Of a stretch of DNA of 64,000 nt, positions 39,447-49,536 are shown in pieces. The notes under the pieces were generated by a model, which had not been told where the DNA came from, did not search any database, and saw nothing but the letters and a program-made list of their open reading frames with translations. The stretch comes from a virus (lineage: Duplodnaviria; Caudoviricetes), in the IMG/VR virus record IMGVR_UViG_3300036958_000333, positions 1 through 64,000 of that record; one strand, 5' to 3'. The position numbers and the translations under genes were made by a program. Positions within the stretch are counted from its first letter, which is position 1. Each line of letters begins with the position of its first letter.

Positions 39447-41978
39447 TCAAAAATTTCCAAATATTTCATTTTCATCATTTATAGAAATTAACCCATTTGA
39501 TAAGACATAATTTCCACATTTTGTTTTTAAATCATAAGTTTTGCATTCGATATCTATTTTATCATATTTTAGATAGTTATTTAAAAATTTATGATTATCT
39601 GTGCAGATAAAATCATTGTACATTCTACCAGATAATGGATATAATGTTTCCTTACAGTATATATTAATTACTTCTGTTAGAATTTCTTTTCCATCTTTAA
39701 TACCAAAAACAGAATCACCGACTTTAAGATCTTTTATTTTAATTAGATTTCCAGGAAATTTTATTAACGTATTCCCGTCTAGACATTTATTATGTACAAG
39801 AAATCCATTTGCATAAAATGTTTCTGATGGACTTACTTTACTTAAATTATAAGTTTGAACATCACCTAAAACCTTTATCCATCCAATAATTTGTAAATAA
39901 CCATCAACTGTTTTTACATGATTTCCTAACTCTAATTTTTTTATTTCTAATTTTTCATTTCTATAATTTTGTGGATTTATGCTAGCCCATCCGTTATTTG
40001 TCATTATTGGATGTTCATCAGTTACTTTTAAAACTAAATCATTTTCAAATACAATATAGTAATAATGATCTCTAATAGGACTTTCTAAACTTTTAACCGT
40101 TCCGCCAATTACTTTATCTCCAATTATAATATCTTCTATATTTTTACACTCATTGTTTTCCATTAATATTTTTGTTCCAGCCAGAAAACAACATTCATAA
40201 TTTGTAAGAAGTCCATTTGAAAAATATAATTGATGAGCGGTTCCATAAAAATCTTCAAGATATAGATATTGTGAGATTCCAATATTTCCACTAACATCTT
40301 TATATCCAATTTCTGGCTGAATGTATCCGTTTATATATGGAGATGTGAATAAGCCCCAAAATAGTCCCCAGTCTTCCCCAACTCCTGGTTCACTTTCATA
40401 ACCATAAAAAGATGCATCATGTGAATTAATACATATATAAATGTTTCCATTTTTATAATTATAAACAATATCATTGATATAATAATATTCGCCAACGTCC
40501 CAGTCATATCTCCAATTAAAACCTAAACCAGAATATCCTGAATAACCGGATATACCAGAATAGCCGGATTTTCCAGAATAACCTGAAGTTCCTAAATATC
40601 CTGATTTTCCTGAATAACCAGATATACCTGAATATCCTATAAATGAAGATTGTGTTTCCCAAAAAGCCTCTCCAGAAACACCACACGATAATACATATCC
40701 AGAATTTGCTCCATTTGTTATAATTATTTTTTCGGTTCTTGTTGTTCCAAAAACATCACAAGTATATTCTGGATATCTATCTTCTCCAATACCAAAATAT
40801 CCTTCTCCTGTAATATATGCAACAGTTCTTTTGTCGATTTCAATATCACCAGTATAACCAGAATATCCAGACCCACAAGATAATAAAAATTTAAGAGTGG
40901 TTGGACAATTTACGTTTTCTCTACTTGTTCCATACCAATCTTGTTCAGCAGTACATTTTATATCAGCAGCATCTATTAATTTCCCACTGCTATAACTTCC
41001 TCTATATGTAACTGTTCCCAAATCTGTTCCGCTTGTTACTGGCAACATACTTTGATTGTTTCCAAATGTTTTTCCTAAAATAAAAACAGGAAACATTCCC
41101 ACATAACCTGAATTTCCAATTCCACTTTCTGTTCCATGTTGATATATTTGAATACTAGCATATTTAGTTGGATCATTTTGAGAAATAAAAATAGAAGGAT
41201 CTCCACCGCCATACTTATAACCACTTGTTCCTATAATTAATGTATCACTAATATTATTTAAATAAGTTACACCACTTGCTGGTATTCTATTGAAATATTG
41301 TATTCCAGCACCAGAATATCCAGATTTTCCGGAATAACCAAAATATCCTGAAATACCAGAATAACCAGAATATCCAGATATATTTTCTAAAAATAAATCC
41401 CAATAATCATAGTACGATCCTCCAATACCTGGTTCTGATCCAATATTTGATATATGATCTTCAATACAAATATATAAATTATTATTATGACTAATTATAT
41501 CATCAACATAATAATTTATTGATTCTTCCCACAAACTTTTCCATATTAATTTTTTACCAGAATACCCAGAATATCCAGATATACCAGAATAACCTGAATA
41601 TCCAGAAATACCAATTTCACCAGAATAACCAGATATACCAGAATAACCTGAATATCCGGATTCATTTTCATTAGACGATGAACATGTTGTCCATAATATT
41701 CCATTACATGCAAATATTTGTGATAATCCTGATTTGATAGTTGAAATTATATCTTCATTATCGTTTTTTATAATTAAAGAATAAGAAGAAGATGTATTTA
41801 TTATTGTATATTTTAATCCATTACAAGATTCTTCATTTGGTAATATAACATATTTGTCAGAATCTTTAGGTTCTAAAAATAATATTTGCTTATCTGATTC
41901 TAAAATTATTGTTTTATCATCGTTTAATTCTTCGGTAGAAGATTCTTCAAATATATTATTGTATTTTATATAAACCAT
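39447..41978 (-). CDS. GYS-repeat fibre-like protein (long type) with tandem C-terminal Hint domains
   Basis: (GYS)n tracts, two CBM5/12-like modules, CFLAGT..TDEH..LVHN-K-CLDGNT..TDNH..ISIN. Confidence 0.85.
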   Translation of the reverse strand: MVYIKYNNIFEESSTEELNDDKTIILESDKQILFLEPKDSDKYVILPNEESCNGLKYTIINTSSSYSLIIKNDNEDIISTIKSGLSQIFACNGILWTTCSSSNENESGYSGYSGISGYSGEIGISGYSGYSGISGYSGYSGKKLIWKSLWEESINYYVDDIISHNNNLYICIEDHISNIGSEPGIGGSYYDYWDLFLENISGYSGYSGISGYFGYSGKSGYSGAGIQYFNRIPASGVTYLNNISDTLIIGTSGYKYGGGDPSIFISQNDPTKYASIQIYQHGTESGIGNSGYVGMFPVFILGKTFGNNQSMLPVTSGTDLGTVTYRGSYSSGKLIDAADIKCTAEQDWYGTSRENVNCPTTLKFLLSCGSGYSGYTGDIEIDKRTVAYITGEGYFGIGEDRYPEYTCDVFGTTRTEKIIITNGANSGYVLSCGVSGEAFWETQSSFIGYSGISGYSGKSGYLGTSGYSGKSGYSGISGYSGYSGLGFNWRYDWDVGEYYYINDIVYNYKNGNIYICINSHDASFYGYESEPGVGEDWGLFWGLFTSPYINGYIQPEIGYKDVSGNIGISQYLYLEDFYGTAHQLYFSNGLLTNYECCFLAGTKILMENNECKNIEDIIIGDKVIGGTVKSLESPIRDHYYYIVFENDLVLKVTDEHPIMTNNGWASINPQNYRNEKLEIKKLELGNHVKTVDGYLQIIGWIKVLGDVQTYNLSKVSPSETFYANGFLVHNKCLDGNTLIKFPGNLIKIKDLKVGDSVFGIKDGKEILTEVINIYCKETLYPLSGRMYNDFICTDNHKFLNNYLKYDKIDIECKTYDLKTKCGNYVLSNGLISINDENEIFGNF

Positions 41979-41986
41979 AAGACACC

Positions 41987-44494
41987 TTAAAAATTTCCAA
42001 ATATTTCATTTTCGTCATTTATAGAAATCAATCCATTAAATAACATATAATTCCCACATTTTGTTTTTAAATCATACATTTCTTGTATAATATTTATTTT
42101 ATCATATTTTAAATTATTATTTAAAAATTTATGATTGTCTGTACAAACAAAATCATTATACATTCTACCAGACAATGGATTTAATGTTTCCTTACAATAT
42201 ATATTAATTACTTCTGTTAAAATTTCTTTTCCATTTTTAATACCAAAAACAGAATCACCAACCTTAAGATCTTTTATTTTAACTGAACTTCCTGGAACTT
42301 TTATTAATGTATTTCCATCTAAACATTTATTATGCACAAGAAATCCATTTGCATAAAATGTTTCTGACGGACTTACTTTGCTTAAATTATATGTCTGTAT
42401 ATCACCTAAAACCTTTATCCACCCAATAATTTGCAAATAACCATCAGTTGTTTTCACATAGTTTCCTAATTCTAATTTATTTACTTCTAATTTTTTATCT
42501 TTATAATTTTGTGGATTTATGCTAGCCCAACCATCACTTGTCATTATTGGATGTTCGTCAGTAATTTTTAATACTAAATCATTTTCAAATACAACATAAT
42601 AATAATGATCTCTAATTGGATTTTCTAAACTTTCAACAATTCCACCAATTACTTTATCTCCAACAATTATATCTTCTATATTTTTACATTCATTGTTTTC
42701 CATTAAGATTTTTGTTCCAGCTAAAAAACAACAAGTTGTAGAATAAGCTTTAAAAATGCCATTTGAAAATTTTAAAGTATAAGTTCTATCAAAGCCTCTA
42801 TATGTTATATCTTGTGTTTTTCCAATATTCCCATTAACATCTTTATATCCGCTTTCTGGTTGTATATATCCACCTGTACCCTTAGCTAAAGGACGCCAGT
42901 AATCTTTATTAGTAGGTAATATATATTGAATCGATGATTTAGAAATACAAACATAAGTATTTCCAATATAATATACTACATCTCCAGCTCTATAAATAAA
43001 ACTAGCAACAAATGACCCTCTCCATATTAATTCATTACCACTATAACCGCTTGTTCCAATGCCTGAATAACCTGATTTTCCTGAATATCCTGAATAACCA
43101 GATTTTCCTGAATAACCAGATTTTCCGGAATATCCTGAAGTTCCTGGAAAAGAGTATAATGATTTCCAAGAAGCTTCTCCAGAAACACCACAAGATAATA
43201 CATATCCAGAATTTGCTCCGTTTGTTATGATTATTTTTTCGGTTCTTGTTGTGCCAAAAACATCACATGTATATTCTGGATATTTATCTTTTCCAATACC
43301 AAAATATCCTTCACCTGTAATATATGCTATAGATCTTTTATCATTTTCAATATTTCCAGTATAACCAGAATATCCTGATCCGCAAGTTAACATAAATTTT
43401 ATATGAGACGGAGAATTTATTTTTTCTCCATTAACATTCCAATTTTGAGTAGTTGTACATTTTATATCAGCAGCATCTATTAATTTACCGTTACTATAAC
43501 TTCCTCTATATGAAACAGATCCCAAAGTAGTACCGCTTGTTACTGGTAATAAACTTTGATTATTTCCAAATGTTTTTCCTAGAACAAGAGATGAATATCG
43601 TCCTTTATATCCAGATGTTCCAATTCCACTTTCTGTTCCATGTTGATATACTTGAAAACTAGCATATTCTAATGGATTATTTTGAGAAATAAGAATAGAA
43701 ATATCTCCACCACCATATTTATAACCACTTGTTCCTATAATTAATGTGTCATTGATATTACTCATATATGTTGTTCCGCTTTCTGGTATTCTATCAAAAT
43801 ACTGTATTCCAACTCCAGTATATCCAGATTTTCCTGAATAACCAGAATATCCTGAATATCCTAAAATACCAGAATATCCAGAATATCCAGAATAGTTTTC
43901 TAAAAATATATTCCAATAGTTTTCATATTCTTCACCAACTCCTGGTTCTGAAATATCACTTGAAATATGATCTAAAACACAAACATATAGATTATTATTA
44001 TTACTAACTGTATAGTTAACAAAATAATACGCTGAATTTTTATGCCATGAACCAACCCATATTAATTTTTTACCAGAATACCCAGAATATCCAGATATAC
44101 CAGAATAACCTGAATATCCAGAAATACCAATTTCACCAGAATAACCAGATATACCAGAATAACCTGAATATCCAGATTCACTTTCATTAGATGACGAACA
44201 TGTTGTCCACAATATTCCATTACAGACAAATATTTGCGATAATCTGGCTTTGATAGTTGAAATTATATCTTCATTATCATTTTTTACAATTAAAGAATAA
44301 GAAGAAGATATATTTATTATTGTATATTTCAATCCATTACAATATTCTTCGTTTGGTAATATAACACTTTTATCAGAATCTTTAGGTTCTAAAAACAATA
44401 TTTGTTTATCTGATTCTAAAATTATTGTTTTATCATCGTTTAATTCTTCAGTAGAAGATTCTTCAAATATATTATTGTATTTTATATAAGCCAT
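41987..44494 (-). CDS. GYS-repeat fibre-like protein (long type) with tandem Hint domains
   Basis: Paralog of 39447-41978. Confidence 0.85.
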   Translation of the reverse strand: MAYIKYNNIFEESSTEELNDDKTIILESDKQILFLEPKDSDKSVILPNEEYCNGLKYTIINISSSYSLIVKNDNEDIISTIKARLSQIFVCNGILWTTCSSSNESESGYSGYSGISGYSGEIGISGYSGYSGISGYSGYSGKKLIWVGSWHKNSAYYFVNYTVSNNNNLYVCVLDHISSDISEPGVGEEYENYWNIFLENYSGYSGYSGILGYSGYSGYSGKSGYTGVGIQYFDRIPESGTTYMSNINDTLIIGTSGYKYGGGDISILISQNNPLEYASFQVYQHGTESGIGTSGYKGRYSSLVLGKTFGNNQSLLPVTSGTTLGSVSYRGSYSNGKLIDAADIKCTTTQNWNVNGEKINSPSHIKFMLTCGSGYSGYTGNIENDKRSIAYITGEGYFGIGKDKYPEYTCDVFGTTRTEKIIITNGANSGYVLSCGVSGEASWKSLYSFPGTSGYSGKSGYSGKSGYSGYSGKSGYSGIGTSGYSGNELIWRGSFVASFIYRAGDVVYYIGNTYVCISKSSIQYILPTNKDYWRPLAKGTGGYIQPESGYKDVNGNIGKTQDITYRGFDRTYTLKFSNGIFKAYSTTCCFLAGTKILMENNECKNIEDIIVGDKVIGGIVESLENPIRDHYYYVVFENDLVLKITDEHPIMTSDGWASINPQNYKDKKLEVNKLELGNYVKTTDGYLQIIGWIKVLGDIQTYNLSKVSPSETFYANGFLVHNKCLDGNTLIKVPGSSVKIKDLKVGDSVFGIKNGKEILTEVINIYCKETLNPLSGRMYNDFVCTDNHKFLNNNLKYDKINIIQEMYDLKTKCGNYMLFNGLISINDENEIFGNF

Positions 44495-45729
44495 TAAAAA
44501 TTTCCAAATATTTCATTTTCGTCATTTATAGAAATTAATCCATTAGATAATATATAACTACCACATTTTGTTTTTAGATCATAAGTTTTACAATCAATAT
44601 TTATTTTATCATAATTCAAATTATTATTTAAGAACTTATGATTTTCTGTACAAGCAAAACCATCATATATTCTACCAGGCAATGGATTTAATGTTTCTTT
44701 ACAATATATATTAATCACTTCGGTAATAATTTCTTTTCCATCTTTAATTCCAAATACAGAATCACCAATTTTAATATCTTTTATACATATTGGATTTGCG
44801 GCAGTTTCTATTAATGTATTTCCTTCTAAACATTTATTATGAACTAGAAATCCATTAGCATAAAACGTTTCTGACGGACTTACTTTGCTTAAATTATATG
44901 TTTGTATATCACCTAAAACTTTTATCCATCCAATTATTTGTAGATAACCATCAACTGTTTTTACATGATTTCCTAATTCTAATTTCTTTACTTCTAACTT
45001 TTTACTTTTATATTTTTGTGGGTTTATGCTAGCCCAACCATTGTTTGTCATTATTGGATGTTCATCAGTCATTTTTAAAACTAAATCATTTTCAAATACA
45101 ATATAATAATAATGATCTCTAATTGGATTCTCAAGACTTTCAACTATTCCACCAATTATTTTATCTCCAATTATTATATCTTCTATATTTTTACATTCAT
45201 TGTTTTCCATTAATATTTTTGTTCCAGCAAGAAAACAACATTCTAGCAAATATTGATAATATGTCAAAATTCCATCTTTGAAACCAATTTGATGTAAAGG
45301 TTGTCCAATATCGTCATAAATTGTCATATTATATATTAGTGTTACGCCAGAAGTTCCGTCAGATGATTTATATCCGCCTGTTGGTTTCAAATAACCATCA
45401 ACATATGGAGCAGATGTTCCACTATATCCTGAAATACCAGAATATCCAGAATAACCAGATTTACCAGAATATCCACTATCGCCAGAAATACATTGTAAAA
45501 ATAATTCCCAATAATCATTTTCTCCACCTGATTCTGATCCACCTTCTGTTTCATGAGCAATAATACAGATATAAATTTTACCATTGTATGATACTAAATC
45601 ATTTACTTCATAACTTCCTTCACCATTAAAATAAGGTCCTTTCCAATTCCATGTTATATCTTTGCCAGAATAACCTGAATATCCAGATACAGATTTTCCT
45701 ATAGAATTAAAATTTATTAACGATCCCAT
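44494..45729 (-). CDS. GYS-repeat fibre-like protein (short type) with tandem Hint domains
   Basis: INFNSIGKS start, one CBM-like module, same Hint cassette. Confidence 0.85.
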   Translation of the reverse strand: MGSLINFNSIGKSVSGYSGYSGKDITWNWKGPYFNGEGSYEVNDLVSYNGKIYICIIAHETEGGSESGGENDYWELFLQCISGDSGYSGKSGYSGYSGISGYSGTSAPYVDGYLKPTGGYKSSDGTSGVTLIYNMTIYDDIGQPLHQIGFKDGILTYYQYLLECCFLAGTKILMENNECKNIEDIIIGDKIIGGIVESLENPIRDHYYYIVFENDLVLKMTDEHPIMTNNGWASINPQKYKSKKLEVKKLELGNHVKTVDGYLQIIGWIKVLGDIQTYNLSKVSPSETFYANGFLVHNKCLEGNTLIETAANPICIKDIKIGDSVFGIKDGKEIITEVINIYCKETLNPLPGRIYDGFACTENHKFLNNNLNYDKINIDCKTYDLKTKCGSYILSNGLISINDENEIFGNF

Positions 45730-45753
45730 TTTTAACCTTTATTTCACTACATC

Positions 45754-47448
45754 TTAAAAATTTCTAAATATTTCGTTTTCATCATTTATAGAAATTAACT
45801 CATTAGACAATATATAATTTCCACATTTCGTTTTTAAATCATAAGTATCACATTCAATGTCTATTTTATCATATTTTAAATTATTATTTACAAAAATATG
45901 ATTATCTGTACAAATAAAATTTCTATACATTCTACCAGGTAGTGAATATAATGACTCTTTTTTATAAATATTAATAACTTTTGTAACAACTTCTTTTCCA
46001 TCTTTAATTCCAAATACAGAATCACCGACTTTAATATCTTTTATTTTAATTGGATCTCCAGGAACTTTTATCAATGTATTTCCATCTAAGCATTTGTTAT
46101 GAACTAGAAACCCATTGGCATAAAATGTTTCTGATGGACTTACTTTACTTAAATTATAAGTTTGAACATCACCTAAAACCTTTATCCACCCAATAATTTG
46201 TAAATAACCATCAGTTGTTTTTACATAATTTCCCAATTCTAATTTTTTTACTTCTAATTTTTTACTTTTATATTTTTGTGGGTTTATACTAGACCACCCA
46301 TCTCTTGTCATTATTGGATGTTCATCAGTCATTTTTAAAACTAAATCATTTTCAAATACAATATAATAATAATGATCTCTAATTGGATTTTCTAAACTTT
46401 CAACAATTCCACCAATTACTTTATCTCCAATTATTACATCTTCTATATTTTTACATTCATTGTTTTCCATTAATATTTTTGTTCCAGCAAGAAAACAACA
46501 TTCGGAACCATAATATATCAATAATCCATCAATAAAATTAAACATATGTCTAACGCTATATTCAGGATCAAATATACTTATAACATCAAGTGGCGATACT
46601 CCAGAGTTTCCTGTAGTTGCTTTATATCCACTAAATGGTTGTAAATAACCATCAACATATGGAGCAGATGTTCCGCTGTATCCTGAAATACCACTATAAC
46701 CAGATATACCAGAATACCCACTTGTACCAGCTGCTCCAGAATAACCAGAAATACCAGAATAACCAGAAATACCAGAATAACCACTTGTACCAGCTGCTCC
46801 AGAATAACCAGAAATACCAGAATAACCACTTGTTCCAACAATTCCAGAATAACCAGAAATACCTGAATGACCTGTTTCTCCAGAATATCCAGAAATTCCA
46901 GAATAACCACTTGTACCAGCTGCTCCAGAATAACCAGAAATACCAGAATAACCAGATATATTAGATTCTCCTGAATAACCTGATATTCCACTATAACCAG
47001 ATTCTCCTGAATAACCTGATACTCCACTATAACCAGATTCTCCGGATACGCCAGTTTCTCCTGGTAAACCATCTTTTCCAGAATATCCAGACATTCCAGA
47101 ATAACCAGATTCACCAGAATAACCAGATATGTTTTCTAGAAACAAATCCCAAAATATATATTCTCCGCTACCACCAGGTTCTGTAATATCTGAACCATGA
47201 TCTTCAATACAAATATATAAATTATTATTATGACTAACTATATCATCAATCAAATACATTCCATAACTTGTATTCCAAGATCCTCTCCATTCTAATTTTT
47301 TACCTGAATAACCTGATATTCCACTATAACCAGATTCTCCGGATACGCCAGTTTCTCCTGGTAAACCATCTTTTCCAGAATATCCAGAATATCCTGATTC
47401 AGATTTTCCTATAGAATTAAAATTTATTGCAGATCCAGTTAATACCAT
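45754..47448 (-). CDS. GYS-repeat fibre-like protein (short type, expanded repeat) with tandem Hint domains
   Basis: About 150-aa GxS tract, same Hint cassette. Confidence 0.85.
   Translation of the reverse strand: MVLTGSAINFNSIGKSESGYSGYSGKDGLPGETGVSGESGYSGISGYSGKKLEWRGSWNTSYGMYLIDDIVSHNNNLYICIEDHGSDITEPGGSGEYIFWDLFLENISGYSGESGYSGMSGYSGKDGLPGETGVSGESGYSGVSGYSGESGYSGISGYSGESNISGYSGISGYSGAAGTSGYSGISGYSGETGHSGISGYSGIVGTSGYSGISGYSGAAGTSGYSGISGYSGISGYSGAAGTSGYSGISGYSGISGYSGTSAPYVDGYLQPFSGYKATTGNSGVSPLDVISIFDPEYSVRHMFNFIDGLLIYYGSECCFLAGTKILMENNECKNIEDVIIGDKVIGGIVESLENPIRDHYYYIVFENDLVLKMTDEHPIMTRDGWSSINPQKYKSKKLEVKKLELGNYVKTTDGYLQIIGWIKVLGDVQTYNLSKVSPSETFYANGFLVHNKCLDGNTLIKVPGDPIKIKDIKVGDSVFGIKDGKEVVTKVINIYKKESLYSLPGRMYRNFICTDNHIFVNNNLKYDKIDIECDTYDLKTKCGNYILSNELISINDENEIFRNF
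46675..47130 (-). repeat. 9-bp-period low-complexity tract coding G-x-S triplets
   Basis: Iterated CCAGAATAA/CCAGAAATA units. GYSGKDGLPGETGVSGESGYSG is also duplicated near 47320-47390. Confidence 0.85.
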
Positions 47449-47456
47449 TTCTTACC

Positions 47457-48599
47457 TCACGTAATATTATTATATATAACAATCCATTCTAACTTATAGT
47501 TATTAGAATCTATACTACTAGAAAAAAATACATCAAATCCATTATTTGATTTATTTCTTATTATATATGTATATTGAGATGGATATAAATCAATAGAATT
47601 GCTTAAATTTATATTTATTGAATAATTAGTATCTAAAAAAGAAAAATCAAAATCTACATGAACAAATGAATCACCAATATTAATATCTTTTATTCCATTC
47701 TGAAAACTTTTTAAATAAATAACATGTCCTCTATAATTATGAAAAAACCCAGAAGAACTTGATGTAGAAAAAAATAAAGGCTTAGATACATGATATTCCT
47801 CAGTAGGCTCTGTTAATGTTAATTTTCCATCTTCTTCATCACTAAGATAATAAATTTTTCCACTTGTTAAATCTGATAATCCTGAAATATACCCTTCTGT
47901 TAATAAAATAAATTCATTTTCATTTTTTATCTCTATAACAACTCCAATCACTTCTGAATTTTCTATAGAATCAGCTTTAGATTTTACATAAGAAGTTCCG
48001 TTATGTCTTAAAACATCTAAAACTTCAAATTCATGATCTTCCTGTGTTATTTTTAATAATGTTCCATTAGTATTGGCAGTTTCAGGTATTAAATATCCTC
48101 TAAAATTAAAGAACATACCTGAATTTGAAGAATCAGCTATTAATAATGGCTTAGAAACACGACCTATTTCAGTTGGTTCTATTTCAGTTAACATTCCAGC
48201 ATCAGTATCACTTAAATAGTATACTGTTCCTGGAACTAATGAATATAAAGTTATATCTTGAATTCTTCCTTGTAATAGTAAATAAAAATTATCTTCATCT
48301 ATTACTTTTGTTATTATTCCAATTGCTTCTGAATTATCTTCTGTATCGGCTTTAGCCAATACATATCCATCTACTATATCATATCTTACTATATAACCAA
48401 CCTGTCCAACAGTAAACCCATGACCTGGTTGATATATTTTAAATTTTTCTACAGATCCACCACCGGTTTCTTCAATTTTATCTAAAAATTTTTGAAAATC
48501 AATAAATTGAAGTCCAGTTCCTCTTTTTGCTTTTTGAACTACAATGTAGTCTGGAGGATAATCACAATAATATTCATTTGGCCATTTTCTAATTACCAT
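47457..48599 (-). CDS. Probable virion protein with two tandem beta domains
   Basis: Internal duplication HxFxV..YVxxKAD..NSExIG..YYLSD..GxLT..EPT..VSKPL..GxFxNxRG. Confidence 0.7.
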   Translation of the reverse strand: MVIRKWPNEYYCDYPPDYIVVQKAKRGTGLQFIDFQKFLDKIEETGGGSVEKFKIYQPGHGFTVGQVGYIVRYDIVDGYVLAKADTEDNSEAIGIITKVIDEDNFYLLLQGRIQDITLYSLVPGTVYYLSDTDAGMLTEIEPTEIGRVSKPLLIADSSNSGMFFNFRGYLIPETANTNGTLLKITQEDHEFEVLDVLRHNGTSYVKSKADSIENSEVIGVVIEIKNENEFILLTEGYISGLSDLTSGKIYYLSDEEDGKLTLTEPTEEYHVSKPLFFSTSSSSGFFHNYRGHVIYLKSFQNGIKDINIGDSFVHVDFDFSFLDTNYSININLSNSIDLYPSQYTYIIRNKSNNGFDVFFSSSIDSNNYKLEWIVIYNNIT

Positions 48600-48668
48600 A
48601 CACTTTATTTATGAAAAAGAGGGAAAATATGTGTAAAAATAATCAACTAAAATATATATATTTATTTT

Positions 48669-49016
48669 ATGAAAAACAATCATTTTCAATGTCATAATGT
48701 AGAACATTCTGTTTATAATGGATATTGTGAAGTTATAAATGGACATTCTCATCCAATATTGTGTGTAATAACTATAGATTTTGAAGAATTAAGATATTGG
48801 GTTACAATAGAAATATTTGATATAAATTTAGAAGGAGAAGAGCATTGCCATTCTTGTTTTGTAGAAATATCTAAAATGAAATATTTTATAGAAAAAGAGT
48901 TTATAAATATAGAAACAGAAGAAGATGATACTGGCCATGTACATAAAATTTATATTGATTTAAAAGAAAAACAGGTTCAAACAAATAATCCTATTACAAT
49001 TTTAAACCAAAGGTAA
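48669..49016 (+). CDS. His/Cys-rich putative metal-binding protein
   Basis: GHSH, EHCH, GHVH motifs. Confidence 0.55.
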   Translation: MKNNHFQCHNVEHSVYNGYCEVINGHSHPILCVITIDFEELRYWVTIEIFDINLEGEEHCHSCFVEISKMKYFIEKEFINIETEEDDTGHVHKIYIDLKEKQVQTNNPITILNQR

Positions 49017-49505
49017 TTTTACATAAACTTCAATGAGGTTTTCTATTATTAGTTTGTCTAGTTTAGTTTCATTTATTTTTTTATCTGTCGATTCAATTAT
49101 ATTTTTTATTGCTGAAATTAACAAAGGGTTAAATTCAAATTCTCCAACATTCTCATTAGAATCAATCATTTCAGTTATTTCTTTTACAAGTTCATTATTA
49201 GATTCTCTAATTTCAATTGAAAAATTTTTGTTTATTTCAGTTAATTGATTTTTTTCTTCTTCTGTTAATTTATCAATATCTTTTTGTTTAATTATTAATT
49301 CTTGGTTTTCTTTAATATATTTTTCTTTTATATTTGTATTATTTAGATTTATTTTTTCAAATATATCTATTAATTTATTAAATTTTTCATTATTAATCAT
49401 TTCATAATATAATTTTGTTAATGCGGCTTTATATCCTATTATTTCCTGAACTTCTGCCAATTTTGCTAAAGCAAACATTTCTCTTAATTTTAAACTTATT
49501 TTCAT
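49002..49505 (-). CDS. Helical hypothetical protein
   Basis: 167 aa, GGAG RBS. Confidence 0.6.
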   Translation of the reverse strand: MKISLKLREMFALAKLAEVQEIIGYKAALTKLYYEMINNEKFNKLIDIFEKINLNNTNIKEKYIKENQELIIKQKDIDKLTEEEKNQLTEINKNFSIEIRESNNELVKEITEMIDSNENVGEFEFNPLLISAIKNIIESTDKKINETKLDKLIIENLIEVYVKLPLV

Positions 49506-49536
49506 AATTTATTCTCCATATACATAAATATATTTA

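Noticed and set aside
39450-46497. Ordinary selfish inteins or polymorphic-toxin pretoxin Hints
   Set aside because: No homing endonuclease, +1 residues are Lys and Asp, hosts are not conserved enzymes, and no toxin domain or immunity gene follows.
46675-47130. True collagen triple helix
   Set aside because: Gly occurs every third residue, but the triplets are G-x-S with almost no Pro. The structure cannot be assigned from sequence, so it is only called a GYS repeat.
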